A stretch of 61,934 bases of DNA from an uncultured Christensenellaceae bacterium (GTDB taxonomy: Bacteria > Bacillota > Clostridia > Christensenellales > UBA3700): assembly GCA_944381315.1 (NCBI GenBank), contig CALWKR010000055.1, positions 1 to 61,934 on the forward strand, written 5' to 3'. Position numbers and translations under genes: made by a program. Below the pieces are notes generated by a model that was given only the letters and a program-made list of their open reading frames with translations, did no database searches and had not been told where the DNA came from. Positions within the stretch are counted from its first letter, which is position 1, and the number at the start of each line of letters is the position of its first letter. Positions 46,553 to 55,870 of the stretch are shown here, piece after piece.

Positions 46553-47457
46553 TGGGCAAGCACTATGACACAATGACGATCGGGCACATATCGCTCGATT
46601 ACAACATCGACTACCTCGACCATCAGATCGTCGAGGTGGGCGGTGCGGTGATATACTCGTCGGCGGCGGCTTTTGCGAGCGGCTATTCGGTCAAGGCTGT
46701 GACCAAGCTCGCGCCGTGCGATATGAGCAGGCTGGACGAGTTCGTCATACCGGCAGAGGATGTATGCTGCATCCCGTCGTCTGTCAGCACGTCGATACGC
46801 AACAAGTATTTCACCGCAGACAAGGAGCGCCGTTCCTGCACCTGCTTGGCGCAGGCGGATCCCTTCTTGCCGAAGGATATACCGAGCGACAGCGCGGACG
46901 TCTATCACCTCGCAGGGCTCATTTACGGCGACTTTGACGGAGAGCTGATCAAGTATCTCGCCGCCAAGGGCAAGCTCGCCGTCGACGTCCAGGCGCTGCT
47001 CAGACACGCGAACAAGCAGACAGGCGAGATGTACTTCGAAGATTGGGCGCAAAAGCTTGAGCTGCTGCCCTATGTCGACTATTTGAAGACGGACGCCGCC
47101 GAGGCGGAGATCCTCACGCATCAGAGCGACAGGTTCGTCGCCGCGCAAATGCTGCACGAGTGGGGAGCCAAAGAGGTCGTCATCACACATAATACCGAAG
47201 TCATTGCCTATGACGGCGACGGCTTTGAGAGATGCCCGATCAGGGCGCGCAACTTGTCGGGGCGCAGCGGCAGAGGAGATACCACCTTCGCCGCCTACAT
47301 CACAGAGAGACAGCACGCGTCAATGCGCGACGCGCTGTTGTGGGCGACCGCGACGGTGTCCGCAAAGATGGAGCATCCCGGTCCCTATCGCGGCGACAGA
47401 GGCGATATCGAGGAGTACATAAAGCAGTTCTATTCCGACGTGCGCCGTGACGTCTAA
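46552..47457 (+). CDS. PfkB-family (ribokinase-like) carbohydrate kinase
   Basis: 301 aa with an N-terminal GG motif (VEVGGAVIYS) and a C-terminal GRGDTTFAAY anion-hole-like motif. ATG overlaps the upstream TAA (TAATG). Confidence 0.7.
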   Translation: MGKHYDTMTIGHISLDYNIDYLDHQIVEVGGAVIYSSAAAFASGYSVKAVTKLAPCDMSRLDEFVIPAEDVCCIPSSVSTSIRNKYFTADKERRSCTCLAQADPFLPKDIPSDSADVYHLAGLIYGDFDGELIKYLAAKGKLAVDVQALLRHANKQTGEMYFEDWAQKLELLPYVDYLKTDAAEAEILTHQSDRFVAAQMLHEWGAKEVVITHNTEVIAYDGDGFERCPIRARNLSGRSGRGDTTFAAYITERQHASMRDALLWATATVSAKMEHPGPYRGDRGDIEEYIKQFYSDVRRDV

Positions 47458-47510
47458 GTGCTTGTTATCGGCACCCGTGGGCAAAAAATCAGAAAATGCG
47501 CGCGATATTC

Positions 47511-47539
47511 TTGACAGCAGATTATATTGGTAGTAATAT
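47511..47539 (+). promoter_or_regulatory. Promoter for the 239-aa hypothetical gene
   Basis: TTGACA (47511-47516), 17-nt spacer, TAATAT (47534-47539). Confidence 0.6.
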
Positions 47540-47578
47540 AAAAATACTTGGATCAGTCAGTCCGTGTGGGAGGAAGTA

Positions 47579-48298
47579 ATGAGACAAGAGAAAACAGACG
47601 ATTTGGAAATATTGTTCGAGACGGACGCGTCCTTTGAGGACCTGTCCGAGTTCGATTTGCCCGAAGAGACGGCGCCCGTTGCCGAGCCGATCACGCCTAC
47701 GCAAAGACCTGCTCCGCAGCCCGTCGTTGCGGCACAGCCTCAGCCTGTCCCGGACAGCGAGCCTGTGCCTATGGACGAAGAGCCGCAGCCTGTCTATTAT
47801 CAGCCGCAGCCTGTCTATTATCAGCCGCAGCCGACCGAGATCTATGCCGCGAGAGGCGTGGGCGCGATAGATATCCGCGCACCGTTCGAGGAGAGGCTGG
47901 AAGAGCTGGGCGAGACGATCATGAGCTATCACGCGAGACTGCAAGCGCATCTCACGTCCTACCGCAAGGTCAAGAGCCGTTACAGCGCGCGGTACGACAG
48001 CTATCGCAGCGGCCGCAACCTGCTCGCCAAGATGGCGGTCGGCGGCAAGACGCTCAAGCTTTATCTCGCGCTCGATCCTGCCGATCAAGCGCTCGCGTCG
48101 GGCAAGTACCACCCGAGAGACGTCAGCAATACCGCCGCATATGCGGAAGTCCCGTTCATGCTCCCGATACGTTCCGATCTTGCCGTGCGCAAGGCGATGC
48201 GCGTCATCGACTATATGATGAACAACTTCCAGATCCCCAAAAAGCGCAAGCGCCGTCCCAACGGCTCGGGCAAGCAGGCGCAAGCCAAACAACAATGA
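47579..48298 (+). CDS. Hypothetical protein: acidic/Pro-rich N-terminal half, conserved-looking C-terminal domain, basic tail
   Basis: ATG 47579 follows GGGAGGA (the track starts at GTG 47564). Contains PQPVYYQPQPVYYQPQP and the tail PKKRKRRPNGSGKQAQAKQQ. Confidence 0.65.
   Translation: MRQEKTDDLEILFETDASFEDLSEFDLPEETAPVAEPITPTQRPAPQPVVAAQPQPVPDSEPVPMDEEPQPVYYQPQPVYYQPQPTEIYAARGVGAIDIRAPFEERLEELGETIMSYHARLQAHLTSYRKVKSRYSARYDSYRSGRNLLAKMAVGGKTLKLYLALDPADQALASGKYHPRDVSNTAAYAEVPFMLPIRSDLAVRKAMRVIDYMMNNFQIPKKRKRRPNGSGKQAQAKQQ
47783..47833 (+). repeat. Coding 21-bp tandem repeat, about 2.4 copies (PQPVYYQ)
   Basis: CCGCAGCCTGTCTATTATCAG occurs twice exactly, followed by a partial third copy. Confidence 0.95.
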
Positions 48299-48304
48299 GA
48301 TACG

Positions 48305-48332
48305 ACACGGCTCGCATGAGCCGTGTTTTTTT
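48305..48332 (+). terminator. Rho-independent terminator
   Basis: ACACGGCTC-GCAT-GAGCCGTGT followed by TTTTTT. Confidence 0.85.
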
Positions 48333-48493
48333 GACTTCTTGCGCCGAAAGAGCGTTGAGATGCAAAGCCGGAGCGAGTATAGGATCGCGCACGCGGCTTG
48401 CGTTGAAGGTAAAGTCGCAGATTTGCCGCTTTGATCCGCGTCGGGAACCGATATTCTGCAAATGAGTATCTCGCCTCGCGCCCGACCGAGCTG

Positions 48494-48522
48494 TTGCGCG
48501 CACGCGCGCGTTATGTTATACT
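48494..48522 (+). promoter_or_regulatory. Promoter placed for a leaderless trmN6-like mRNA
   Basis: TTGCGC (48494-48499), 17-nt spacer, TATACT (48517-48522). The ATG at 48529 is only 6 nt downstream and has no SD. Confidence 0.5.
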
Positions 48523-48528
48523 GATATT

Positions 48529-49245
48529 ATGTTGGAAAGAGAAGATCTCCAATGCAACGGGCTGCACATCGTGCAGGACACAGAGCTCTATCGCTTTACG
48601 TCGGACGCGGTCATCCTCGCCAATCTCGTGAGAGCAAAACGCGGCGCGACGATCGCGGACTATTGTTCGGGCAGCGGCGTGATCGCGCTGCTCCTCAGCG
48701 CCAAGACGCGCGCCGGCCGCATATATGCGGTCGAGATGCAGCAAGAGATGTTCGCGCTGCTCGCCGCCAACGTCGCTTCCAACGCGCTCGAAGACGTGAT
48801 CGAGCCAGTCTGCGCTCCCGTCGAGGACGTGCCGTCGCTGATAGGCAAGAGCTGCCTTGACGTCGTTGTTTGCAATCCGCCGTACTTCCGCAGCGGAAGC
48901 GGCGATACGCGCGGCGGAGCGGACGCGCTCGCAAGGCATGAGAGCGGCGAGGGCTGGAGCGGGATAGTCCGTTCTGCCGCTCAAGCGCTCAAAGAGGGAG
49001 GGGACTTCTACTTCGTTCACGCGGCGTCGCGGCTTGCCGAAGTCGTCGCCGCAACAGAGCTGTGCGGCATGCCGGTCAAGGAGATGGTCCTCGTGCGTCC
49101 TACAGAGGACAAGGAGCCCAAAGTCTTTGTCGCCAAAGCGCGTAAGGGCGCCAAGCGCGGTATGACGCTGCGCACGCTCACCGTGTACGGCAAGGATGGG
49201 AGATATACGGACGAAGTCGCAAAAATGTACGGAGAAAGCAAATGA
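48529..49245 (+). CDS. SAM-dependent methyltransferase, tRNA1(Val) (adenine37-N6)-methyltransferase-like (YabB/TrmN6 type)
   Basis: 238 aa with the SAM motif DYCSGSGVIAL and the catalytic VVCNPPYF. Conserved position before rsmI. Confidence 0.75.
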   Translation: MLEREDLQCNGLHIVQDTELYRFTSDAVILANLVRAKRGATIADYCSGSGVIALLLSAKTRAGRIYAVEMQQEMFALLAANVASNALEDVIEPVCAPVEDVPSLIGKSCLDVVVCNPPYFRSGSGDTRGGADALARHESGEGWSGIVRSAAQALKEGGDFYFVHAASRLAEVVAATELCGMPVKEMVLVRPTEDKEPKVFVAKARKGAKRGMTLRTLTVYGKDGRYTDEVAKMYGESK

Positions 49246-50084
49246 GAGAAGCACACGGCACACTTCACATTGTCGGCACGCCGATAGGCAATCTCGGCGA
49301 TATTACGGCGCGCGCGATAGAGACGCTCGGCGCGGTCGATCTGATCGCATGCGAGGACACACGCCGCACTCTCGGCTTGCTGACGCACTTCGGGATCAAG
49401 AAACCGCTTGTCAGCTACTACAAGCCCAAGGAAAGGGAGGGAGCGGCACGCATTCTTGCGGCTTTGGAGCGCGGCGACGACGTCGCGCTTGTCACCGACG
49501 CAGGAATGCCCTGCATTTCCGATCCCGGGGCGCTGGTCGTCCGCGAGGCTCGCGCGAGGGGCTATGCCGTCACGTCGTCGCCCGGAGCGACGGCTGTCGC
49601 GACGGCGCTCGCCGTGAGCGGAATTTTGGAGCCCGTGTTTGTTTTCATAGGTTTTTTGCCGCCAAAGCGCAAGGACGCGCAAGCGCTTTTGAAGCGCGTG
49701 GACGCGGCGAGAGGGACGATCGCGATCTATGCGTCGCCGCATTCGATCAACGACGATCTCGCGCTGATCTTCGACTCGCTCGGCGAGAGAGAGGTGACGG
49801 TGGTCAGAGAGCTGACCAAGGTCTATGAGAGCGTCGAGGACGCAACGCTGCCGTTTTCGATCGACGACCCGAGAGGGGAATATGTGCTGTTGATACACGC
49901 CGACGACGCGCCGCGCGAGGACAAGCCCGAGGGCTCGCTCAAGGAGCAGGTGCTTGCGCTGATGGACGGGGGAATGGACAAGAAGAGCGCGATCAAACAA
50001 GTCGCCAAGCTCAACAAGGTGCCCAAGGACAGCGTTTACAAGCAGACGATAGGGGGAGAAGATGAAGATATTACAGATCGATGA
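49242..50084 (+). CDS. rsmI: 16S rRNA (cytidine1402-2'-O)-methyltransferase
   Basis: 280 aa with GTLHIVGTPIGNLGDIT.RA...L...D.IACEDTR. Confidence 0.93.
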   Translation: MREAHGTLHIVGTPIGNLGDITARAIETLGAVDLIACEDTRRTLGLLTHFGIKKPLVSYYKPKEREGAARILAALERGDDVALVTDAGMPCISDPGALVVREARARGYAVTSSPGATAVATALAVSGILEPVFVFIGFLPPKRKDAQALLKRVDAARGTIAIYASPHSINDDLALIFDSLGEREVTVVRELTKVYESVEDATLPFSIDDPRGEYVLLIHADDAPREDKPEGSLKEQVLALMDGGMDKKSAIKQVAKLNKVPKDSVYKQTIGGEDEDITDR

Positions 50085-50976
50085 ACTCGTCAAGACGTTC
50101 GGCTCCGTCCGCGCCGTGGACGGGATAACTTTCGACGTCGAGAGGGGCGAACTGTTCGCGTTTCTGGGGCTCAACGGAGCCGGCAAGAGCACGACGATCA
50201 ACATAATTTGCACGCTGCTCGCCAAAGATTCGGGCAAAGTCAGAGTGTCGGGGATAGACCTCGACGACGACCCCAACGCGATCAGAGAGAAGATAGGCAT
50301 CGTGTTCCAAAACTCGGTGCTCGATCCGTCGCAGACGGTGCAGGACAACTTGTTGACGCGCGCGAGCCTCTACGGCATGAGCTCCGCGCAGGCAAAGAAA
50401 AGGATGAGCGAGCTCGCCGATATCCTCGGTTTCGGCGAATACAAGGACCGCAAGTACGGCAAACTGTCGGGAGGACAGCGCCGCAAGATCGACATCGCGC
50501 GAGGGCTGCTGCATTCGCCCGAACTGCTCATCTTGGACGAGCCGACGACGGGACTCGATCCGCAGACGCGCCGCGCCGTCAGGGATATGATCGGCGAGAT
50601 CAGGCGCACGCACGGCACGACGGTGTTTTTGACCACGCACTATATGGAAGAGGCGAACGACGCCGACGACGTCGTCATCCTCGACAGCGGCAGGATCGCC
50701 GCCCATGGCACGCCGATAGAGCTGAAAGAGAATTATTCGCGCGATACGGTGACGATCTATGCGCCGCGCAGCGAGAGCGCGGACAAGCTGTTTGACGGCG
50801 AAAAGTGGAGTTATGACGCGGGCGCATACCGCGCCGTAGTCAAGGACGGCGCCGCCGCAAAGGCGCTGCTCGACAGATGCACGCCGATCCTCGGCTCGTT
50901 CGAAGTCAAAAAGGGGGATATGGACGACGTCTTCCTCAACGTCACGGGCAAATCTCTCCAAGGAGGCGAAGCATGA
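50062..50976 (+). CDS. ABC transporter ATP-binding protein (ABC-2/DrrA-like)
   Basis: 304 aa with Walker A GLNGAGKST, signature LSGGQRRK and Walker B LLILDEPT. Confidence 0.9.
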   Translation: MKILQIDELVKTFGSVRAVDGITFDVERGELFAFLGLNGAGKSTTINIICTLLAKDSGKVRVSGIDLDDDPNAIREKIGIVFQNSVLDPSQTVQDNLLTRASLYGMSSAQAKKRMSELADILGFGEYKDRKYGKLSGGQRRKIDIARGLLHSPELLILDEPTTGLDPQTRRAVRDMIGEIRRTHGTTVFLTTHYMEEANDADDVVILDSGRIAAHGTPIELKENYSRDTVTIYAPRSESADKLFDGEKWSYDAGAYRAVVKDGAAAKALLDRCTPILGSFEVKKGDMDDVFLNVTGKSLQGGEA

Positions 50977-51884
50977 AGACCGATCTCCGCGCGCTGCACA
51001 GGCTCGTTGTGCGCAATCTCAAGATCTTCCTCAGTGACAAGATGGGCGTATTTTTCTCGCTGCTTGCGCCGCTTATCGTGCTATTGCTGTATGTGTTCTT
51101 CCTCAAAGATGTGCAGCTCGACTCGGCCATTGCGGTGTTCGATGGCGTGCCCGTCGACGAGAAATTGCTCGAAAATATGGTCAACGATTGGATGCTCGCA
51201 GGCGTCGTCTCGGTCGCCTGCGTGACCGTGTCCTTCTCCGCGCAAGAGAGGCTCGTCAAGGACAGAGAGACGGGCGTTCTCCTCGACATCAAGGCGTCGC
51301 CGATCTCGCGCGGCGTCGTCGACGCATCTTACTTTTTGTCCAACTTCGCGATCACGCTCTGCATATGCGCGGTCGTGCTCGCCGTCGCGCTCGTCTATGT
51401 CGCGATCGCCGGATGGACGCTGACGTTTGGGGACGTCGTCGGCATGATCGGACTGCTCGTCATGTCCGCGCTGTCGGCAAGCCTGCTGACAGGACTGATC
51501 GCCAAGGCGGTCAAAACAAGCTCTCAGCACGGCGCGCTCGTCGGCATAGTCAGCGCCGCGATCGGCTTTTTGATGGGAGCGTACATGCCGCTGTCCGTGT
51601 TCCCCGAGGCAGTGCAGTACATCACGCTGTTTGTGCCCGGCACCTATTCGGCGGCGCTGTATCGAGAGCTGTTCATGCGCGGCGCGATCGACGAGATAGG
51701 CGAGGCGCTGTCGCCGCAAGCCGCCGAGTCGATAGAGGAGATGTACAACCTCAAACTCGACTTCTTCGGCGAGGAGATAGGTGCCGAGACGATCGCCGTA
51801 ATCTTTGCCTTGATCATAGTGCTGTGCGCGGCGATATGGGGCATCGTTGCAGCCGTCGAGTCCTCGCGCCGCAAAGTCAAATAA
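50973..51884 (+). CDS. ABC-2 type transporter permease
   Basis: 303 aa, about 6 TM. ATG overlaps the ATPase TGA (ATGA). The track ORF from 50877 is an extension. Confidence 0.85.
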   Translation: MKTDLRALHRLVVRNLKIFLSDKMGVFFSLLAPLIVLLLYVFFLKDVQLDSAIAVFDGVPVDEKLLENMVNDWMLAGVVSVACVTVSFSAQERLVKDRETGVLLDIKASPISRGVVDASYFLSNFAITLCICAVVLAVALVYVAIAGWTLTFGDVVGMIGLLVMSALSASLLTGLIAKAVKTSSQHGALVGIVSAAIGFLMGAYMPLSVFPEAVQYITLFVPGTYSAALYRELFMRGAIDEIGEALSPQAAESIEEMYNLKLDFFGEEIGAETIAVIFALIIVLCAAIWGIVAAVESSRRKVK

Positions 51885-52383
51885 AGGTGCACAAAAGGCA
51901 GGATACCACCGCGCCGACGAGGCAGGAAAACAGAGATACCGGCAGCGCATAGCGCAGCTTGCGGACTTTGGTCGTCGACACATAGACGGTGCAGACATAA
52001 AAGACCGTCTCGCTCGCGCCGACGATCACGCAACCGCACCGCGCGATGTAGCTGTCCGCGCCGTATTCGGCGATGAGTTTTTCGAGCACGGCAAGGGAAC
52101 CGTTGCCGCTCAAAGGCCGTATTATGACCAGCTCGCAGAGCTGCTCCGGGACACCCGTCAGCTTGAAGAGCGGAGCCAGCGCGTCCGTCATCACCGCCGC
52201 AAGTCCGCTGGCGGAGAACAGCTCGGTCGCGATAAGCACGGCGCAGATATAAGGGAATATGGACGCGATCAGTCTCAGGCTTTCTTGTGCTCCCGACACG
52301 AAGCTGTCATAGACGTTCACGCGCTTGAAGAATCCTGCCGCTATTATCGCCAAAACAAACACGGGCAGGATAAATTCAGTCAA
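51877..52383 (-). CDS. spmB: Spore maturation protein B (nucleoside-recognition/Gate domain)
   Basis: 168 aa, apparent TTG start overlapping the spmA end by 8 nt, with RPLSGNGSLAVL. Confidence 0.8.
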   Translation of the reverse strand: MTEFILPVFVLAIIAAGFFKRVNVYDSFVSGAQESLRLIASIFPYICAVLIATELFSASGLAAVMTDALAPLFKLTGVPEQLCELVIIRPLSGNGSLAVLEKLIAEYGADSYIARCGCVIVGASETVFYVCTVYVSTTKVRKLRYALPVSLFSCLVGAVVSCLLCTFI

Positions 52384-52984
52384 ATTTCACCCCTTTTTCC
52401 GCAAGCGGAAGACGCTTTTTGGAACCGCGATCGGACGGCAGCGCCAACACCTTCGCAAGCGCTATCCCGACGGCAGTCGAGACTATCGTCGCAAGCAGCG
52501 ACGGCAAGATTATGTCCGAAGAGGCAAGCGATCCCGCCGCCGAACGCAGACCTATCACTGTCGCAGGGATGAGCTGGATCGACGTCGCGTTGACGACGAG
52601 GAAGAGGATCATATTGTCGGTCGCTCTGTCCGTGCCGTCCTGCATCCGTTCCATCGCCCGTATCCCGAGCGGCGTTGCAGCGCCGCCCATTCCGAGCAAG
52701 TTGGCGGAGAAGTTGAGCGCGATCAGTCCGCGAGTCTCTTCGTCCTCGCCCTTGAACAGCTTTTTGGTGACGGGAGAGAAGAGCTTTTGCAGCGCGCGGT
52801 CGCACTTCAGCTTGTGCATTATGTCCAGTACGGACAGCCAGATCGCATAGATCGCGCAAAGCTTGAGCGACAGCGTGATCGCGCCGCTCGCTCCGTCTAT
52901 CATCGCAGGGAAGGCGGCGGACGGAGAGGAGAATATGCACATCGCCAGCGACGCGGCGACCATGACGAAAAACACGGAATTCAT
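52376..52984 (-). CDS. spmA: Spore maturation protein A
   Basis: 202 aa from MNSVFFVMVAASLAM, with NLLGMGGAATPLG. The track ORF start at 53134 runs through the divergent metG promoter, so the shorter start is preferred. Confidence 0.75.
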   Translation of the reverse strand: MNSVFFVMVAASLAMCIFSSPSAAFPAMIDGASGAITLSLKLCAIYAIWLSVLDIMHKLKCDRALQKLFSPVTKKLFKGEDEETRGLIALNFSANLLGMGGAATPLGIRAMERMQDGTDRATDNMILFLVVNATSIQLIPATVIGLRSAAGSLASSDIILPSLLATIVSTAVGIALAKVLALPSDRGSKKRLPLAEKGVKFD

Positions 52985-53047
52985 ACGATATTGTATCGCC
53001 GCGGCTGCGCATATATTCCGCGCGCGGACAAGCGGCGCGCAAAACAT

Positions 53048-53076
53048 TTTACAAATGCGCGCCAAAGATATATAAT
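53048..53076 (+). promoter_or_regulatory. Promoter for metG
   Basis: TTTACA (53048-53053), 17-nt spacer, TATAAT (53071-53076). The leader of about 45 nt is too short for a T-box. Confidence 0.6.
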
Positions 53077-53123
53077 AATACAATCGAGGCAAATTTTGCG
53101 CGTACGGCGCAAAGGAGGAGTTT

Positions 53124-55079
53124 ATGGCTCGCAAATATTACATCACCACGGCGATAGCTTACGCGTCGGGCAAGCCCCACATCGGCAACACCTATGAGAT
53201 CGTGCTCGCCGACGTATTGGCGCGTTTCCGCCGCAAGCAGGGATATGACGTGTTTTTCCAGACCGGCACCGACGAACACGGCGAAAAGAATCAGCTCAAA
53301 GCCGAGGCGGCAGGCATGTCTCCGCAGGAGTTCGTCGACCGCAATTCTGCCGAGATCAAGCGCATTTGGGACTTGATGGGCGCGTCTTACGACCGATTCA
53401 TCCGCACGACCGAGCCAGAACACAAAGAGCAGATAGCCGAGATCTTTGAGAAGTTCTTGGCGTCGGGAGACATCTACAAGGGCGAGTACAGCGGCTGGTA
53501 TTGCACGCCGTGCGAATCTTTCTGGACAGAGAGCCAGCTCGTCGACGGCAAGTGCCCCGACTGCGGCAGAGAAGTCAAGATGGCGAAGGAGGAGGCATAC
53601 TTCTTTCGTATGAGCAAATACGCGGACGCGTTGATGAAATACTATGACGAGCACCCCGACTTCATCGTCCCCGTCTCGCGCAAAAAAGAAATGGTCAACA
53701 ACTTCCTCAAACCCGGACTGCAAGACCTTTGCGTCAGCCGCACGACGTTCGACTGGGGCATCAAGGTCAAGAGCGATCCCAAGCACGTCGTCTATGTGTG
53801 GCTCGACGCGCTGTCCAACTACATCACGGGACTCGGCTATCGCTGCAACGGCAAGAGCGATCCCGCGTTCGACAAGTATTGGCCCGCGGACGTGCACATC
53901 GTCGGCAAGGACATAGTGCGCTTCCACACGATCTATTGGCCCATCTTCCTCATGGCGCTCGGGCTTCCGCTGCCCAAGCAGGTGTTCGGTCATGCGTGGC
54001 TGTTGCAGGACGGCGGCAAGATGAGCAAGTCCAAAGGCAACGTGATGTATGCCGACGACATGGTCGACGTCTTTGGCGTGGACGCGGTCAGATATTGCCT
54101 TATGGCGCTGATGCCCTATGACAACGACGGAGTGATAGGCTGGGAGCAGGTGACCGAATTGATAAACAATCAGCTCGCCAACGTGTTCGGCAACCTCGTC
54201 AGCCGTACGATCGCGATGTGCAACAAGTACTTTGACGGCGTCGTCCGCAACGCGGGAGCCGAAGAGCCCGTCGACGCCGAATTGAAGGCGGCTGTCGGCG
54301 ACGCATATGCGCAGTTCAGCGCGAACATGGAAGCCTTCAAAGTCGCGGACGCGCTCGACGTGATCGTATCCGTCTTCCGCCGCGCCAACAAGTACATAGA
54401 CGAGACCGCGCCGTGGACGCTCGCCAAGGACGAGACCAAGCGCGACAGACTTGCGACGGTGCTGTACAATCTGTGCGAGAGCATAGTGATCGCTACGAGC
54501 ATGCTGCAATGCTTTATGCCGAGCAAGTGCGACGAAGTGTTCGCGATGCTCGGTACGACGGCGCGCGACTTTGCCGATCTCGACAAGTTCGGCTTGCTGG
54601 CAGACGGCACCAAAGTCGCCCGCGATCCTGCCAAGCTCTTCGATCGTCTCGACCCCAAGCAGATCGAGGAACAGGTCGAAAAGATGTATGCGGAGCGCAA
54701 TGCCAAAAACAGTGAAAAATCGACACAGGCACCCAAAAAACCTGCCAAGGAGAGCATCTCGATCGACGACTTCGCCAAGGTGGAACTCAAAGTCGGCAAG
54801 GTCGTCAGATGCGAAAAAGTCCCCAAAGCGGACAAGCTGCTCTGTTCGCAGATCGACGTCGGCGAGGACAAGCTCCGCACCGTCGTCAGCGGCATCGCCG
54901 CCTACTATTCGCCCGAGCAGATGGTCGGCAAACGCGTCGTCGTTGTGACCAATCTCAAGCCGGCAAAGCTGCGCGGCATCATGTCCGAGGGGATGATCCT
55001 CTGCGCCGAGGACGAGGACGGCAAGCTGTCCGTGGTTTCGCCCGAGGGCGAGATCGCGCCCGGCGGAGAGGTCAGATGA
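53124..55079 (+). CDS. metG: Methionine--tRNA ligase with a C-terminal tRNA-binding (EMAP-like) domain
   Basis: 651 aa with PHIGN (HIGH), KMSKS, the zinc knuckles CTPCE...CPDCG, and the C-terminal VGKVVRCEKVPKADKL. Confidence 0.97.
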   Translation: MARKYYITTAIAYASGKPHIGNTYEIVLADVLARFRRKQGYDVFFQTGTDEHGEKNQLKAEAAGMSPQEFVDRNSAEIKRIWDLMGASYDRFIRTTEPEHKEQIAEIFEKFLASGDIYKGEYSGWYCTPCESFWTESQLVDGKCPDCGREVKMAKEEAYFFRMSKYADALMKYYDEHPDFIVPVSRKKEMVNNFLKPGLQDLCVSRTTFDWGIKVKSDPKHVVYVWLDALSNYITGLGYRCNGKSDPAFDKYWPADVHIVGKDIVRFHTIYWPIFLMALGLPLPKQVFGHAWLLQDGGKMSKSKGNVMYADDMVDVFGVDAVRYCLMALMPYDNDGVIGWEQVTELINNQLANVFGNLVSRTIAMCNKYFDGVVRNAGAEEPVDAELKAAVGDAYAQFSANMEAFKVADALDVIVSVFRRANKYIDETAPWTLAKDETKRDRLATVLYNLCESIVIATSMLQCFMPSKCDEVFAMLGTTARDFADLDKFGLLADGTKVARDPAKLFDRLDPKQIEEQVEKMYAERNAKNSEKSTQAPKKPAKESISIDDFAKVELKVGKVVRCEKVPKADKLLCSQIDVGEDKLRTVVSGIAAYYSPEQMVGKRVVVVTNLKPAKLRGIMSEGMILCAEDEDGKLSVVSPEGEIAPGGEVR

Positions 55080-55870
55080 TAGATTCGCACGCTCATATCA
55101 CCGAGGAGAGGCTGTTGCCCGAGAGCGCGAGGATCATCGCCGAGATGCCCGAGGACGGACTGCGCGCGATGATCGAAGTCGGTTGCGACGCAGCCACTTC
55201 GGAACAAGCAGCCGCGCTCGCCGCCGACAATGCGCGCGTCTTTGCGCTCGTCGGCACTCACCCCGAGTTTGCCGCCGATTACGGCAAGCGCGAGCAAGAG
55301 CTTTATGCAAGCCTTTCCGTGCAGCCCAAGGTGGTCGGGATAGGAGAGATAGGGCTTGACTATTTTTACGAAACGCCGCCGCGCGACGTCCAAAAGCGCG
55401 CCTTTGTCGCGCAGATAGGCTTGGCGCACGAGCTGGGATTGCCGATAGCGCTGCATATCCGCGACGCCTACGGTGACTTGCTCGACATCTTGCGCGCCAA
55501 CGCGTCGTGCCTTTCCAACGGGCTCTTGATGCACTGTTACAGCGGCAGCGCCGAGTTCGTCCGCGAGCTTGCGCGTTTTGACGCCTACTTTGCTTTCGGC
55601 GGAGCGGTCACGTTCAAGAATGCGAAAAAGCAGGACGTGATCAGGGCGGTGCCGCGCGACAGATTGCTCGTCGAGACGGACTGTCCGTACATGACGCCCG
55701 TGCCTTTCCGCGGCAAACTCAACGAGCCCAAATATGTGCGCTATACGCTTGCGTTCGTCGCCGACGTGCTCGGCGTCGATTTTGCCGAAGCGGAGCGCCT
55801 CACCGAGCGCAATACGCTCGAGTTGTTCCCCAAGATGAAGGATTTTTTCAATGGATCGATTTGTCTATAA
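55076..55870 (+). CDS. tatD: TatD-family metal-dependent DNase/hydrolase
   Basis: 264 aa starting MIDSHAHI, with GEIGLDY...HIRDA...ETDCPY. ATG overlaps the metG TGA. Confidence 0.93.
   Translation: MIDSHAHITEERLLPESARIIAEMPEDGLRAMIEVGCDAATSEQAAALAADNARVFALVGTHPEFAADYGKREQELYASLSVQPKVVGIGEIGLDYFYETPPRDVQKRAFVAQIGLAHELGLPIALHIRDAYGDLLDILRANASCLSNGLLMHCYSGSAEFVRELARFDAYFAFGGAVTFKNAKKQDVIRAVPRDRLLVETDCPYMTPVPFRGKLNEPKYVRYTLAFVADVLGVDFAEAERLTERNTLELFPKMKDFFNGSICL

Noticed and set aside
52985-53123. T-box, S-box or L-box leaders upstream of metG, metF and lysS
   Set aside because: The leaders are about 45 nt (metG) and about 35 nt (metF), and lysS overlaps greA. None has room for these 200-nt elements, and no AGAGA/GNUGGUA T-box motifs were seen.
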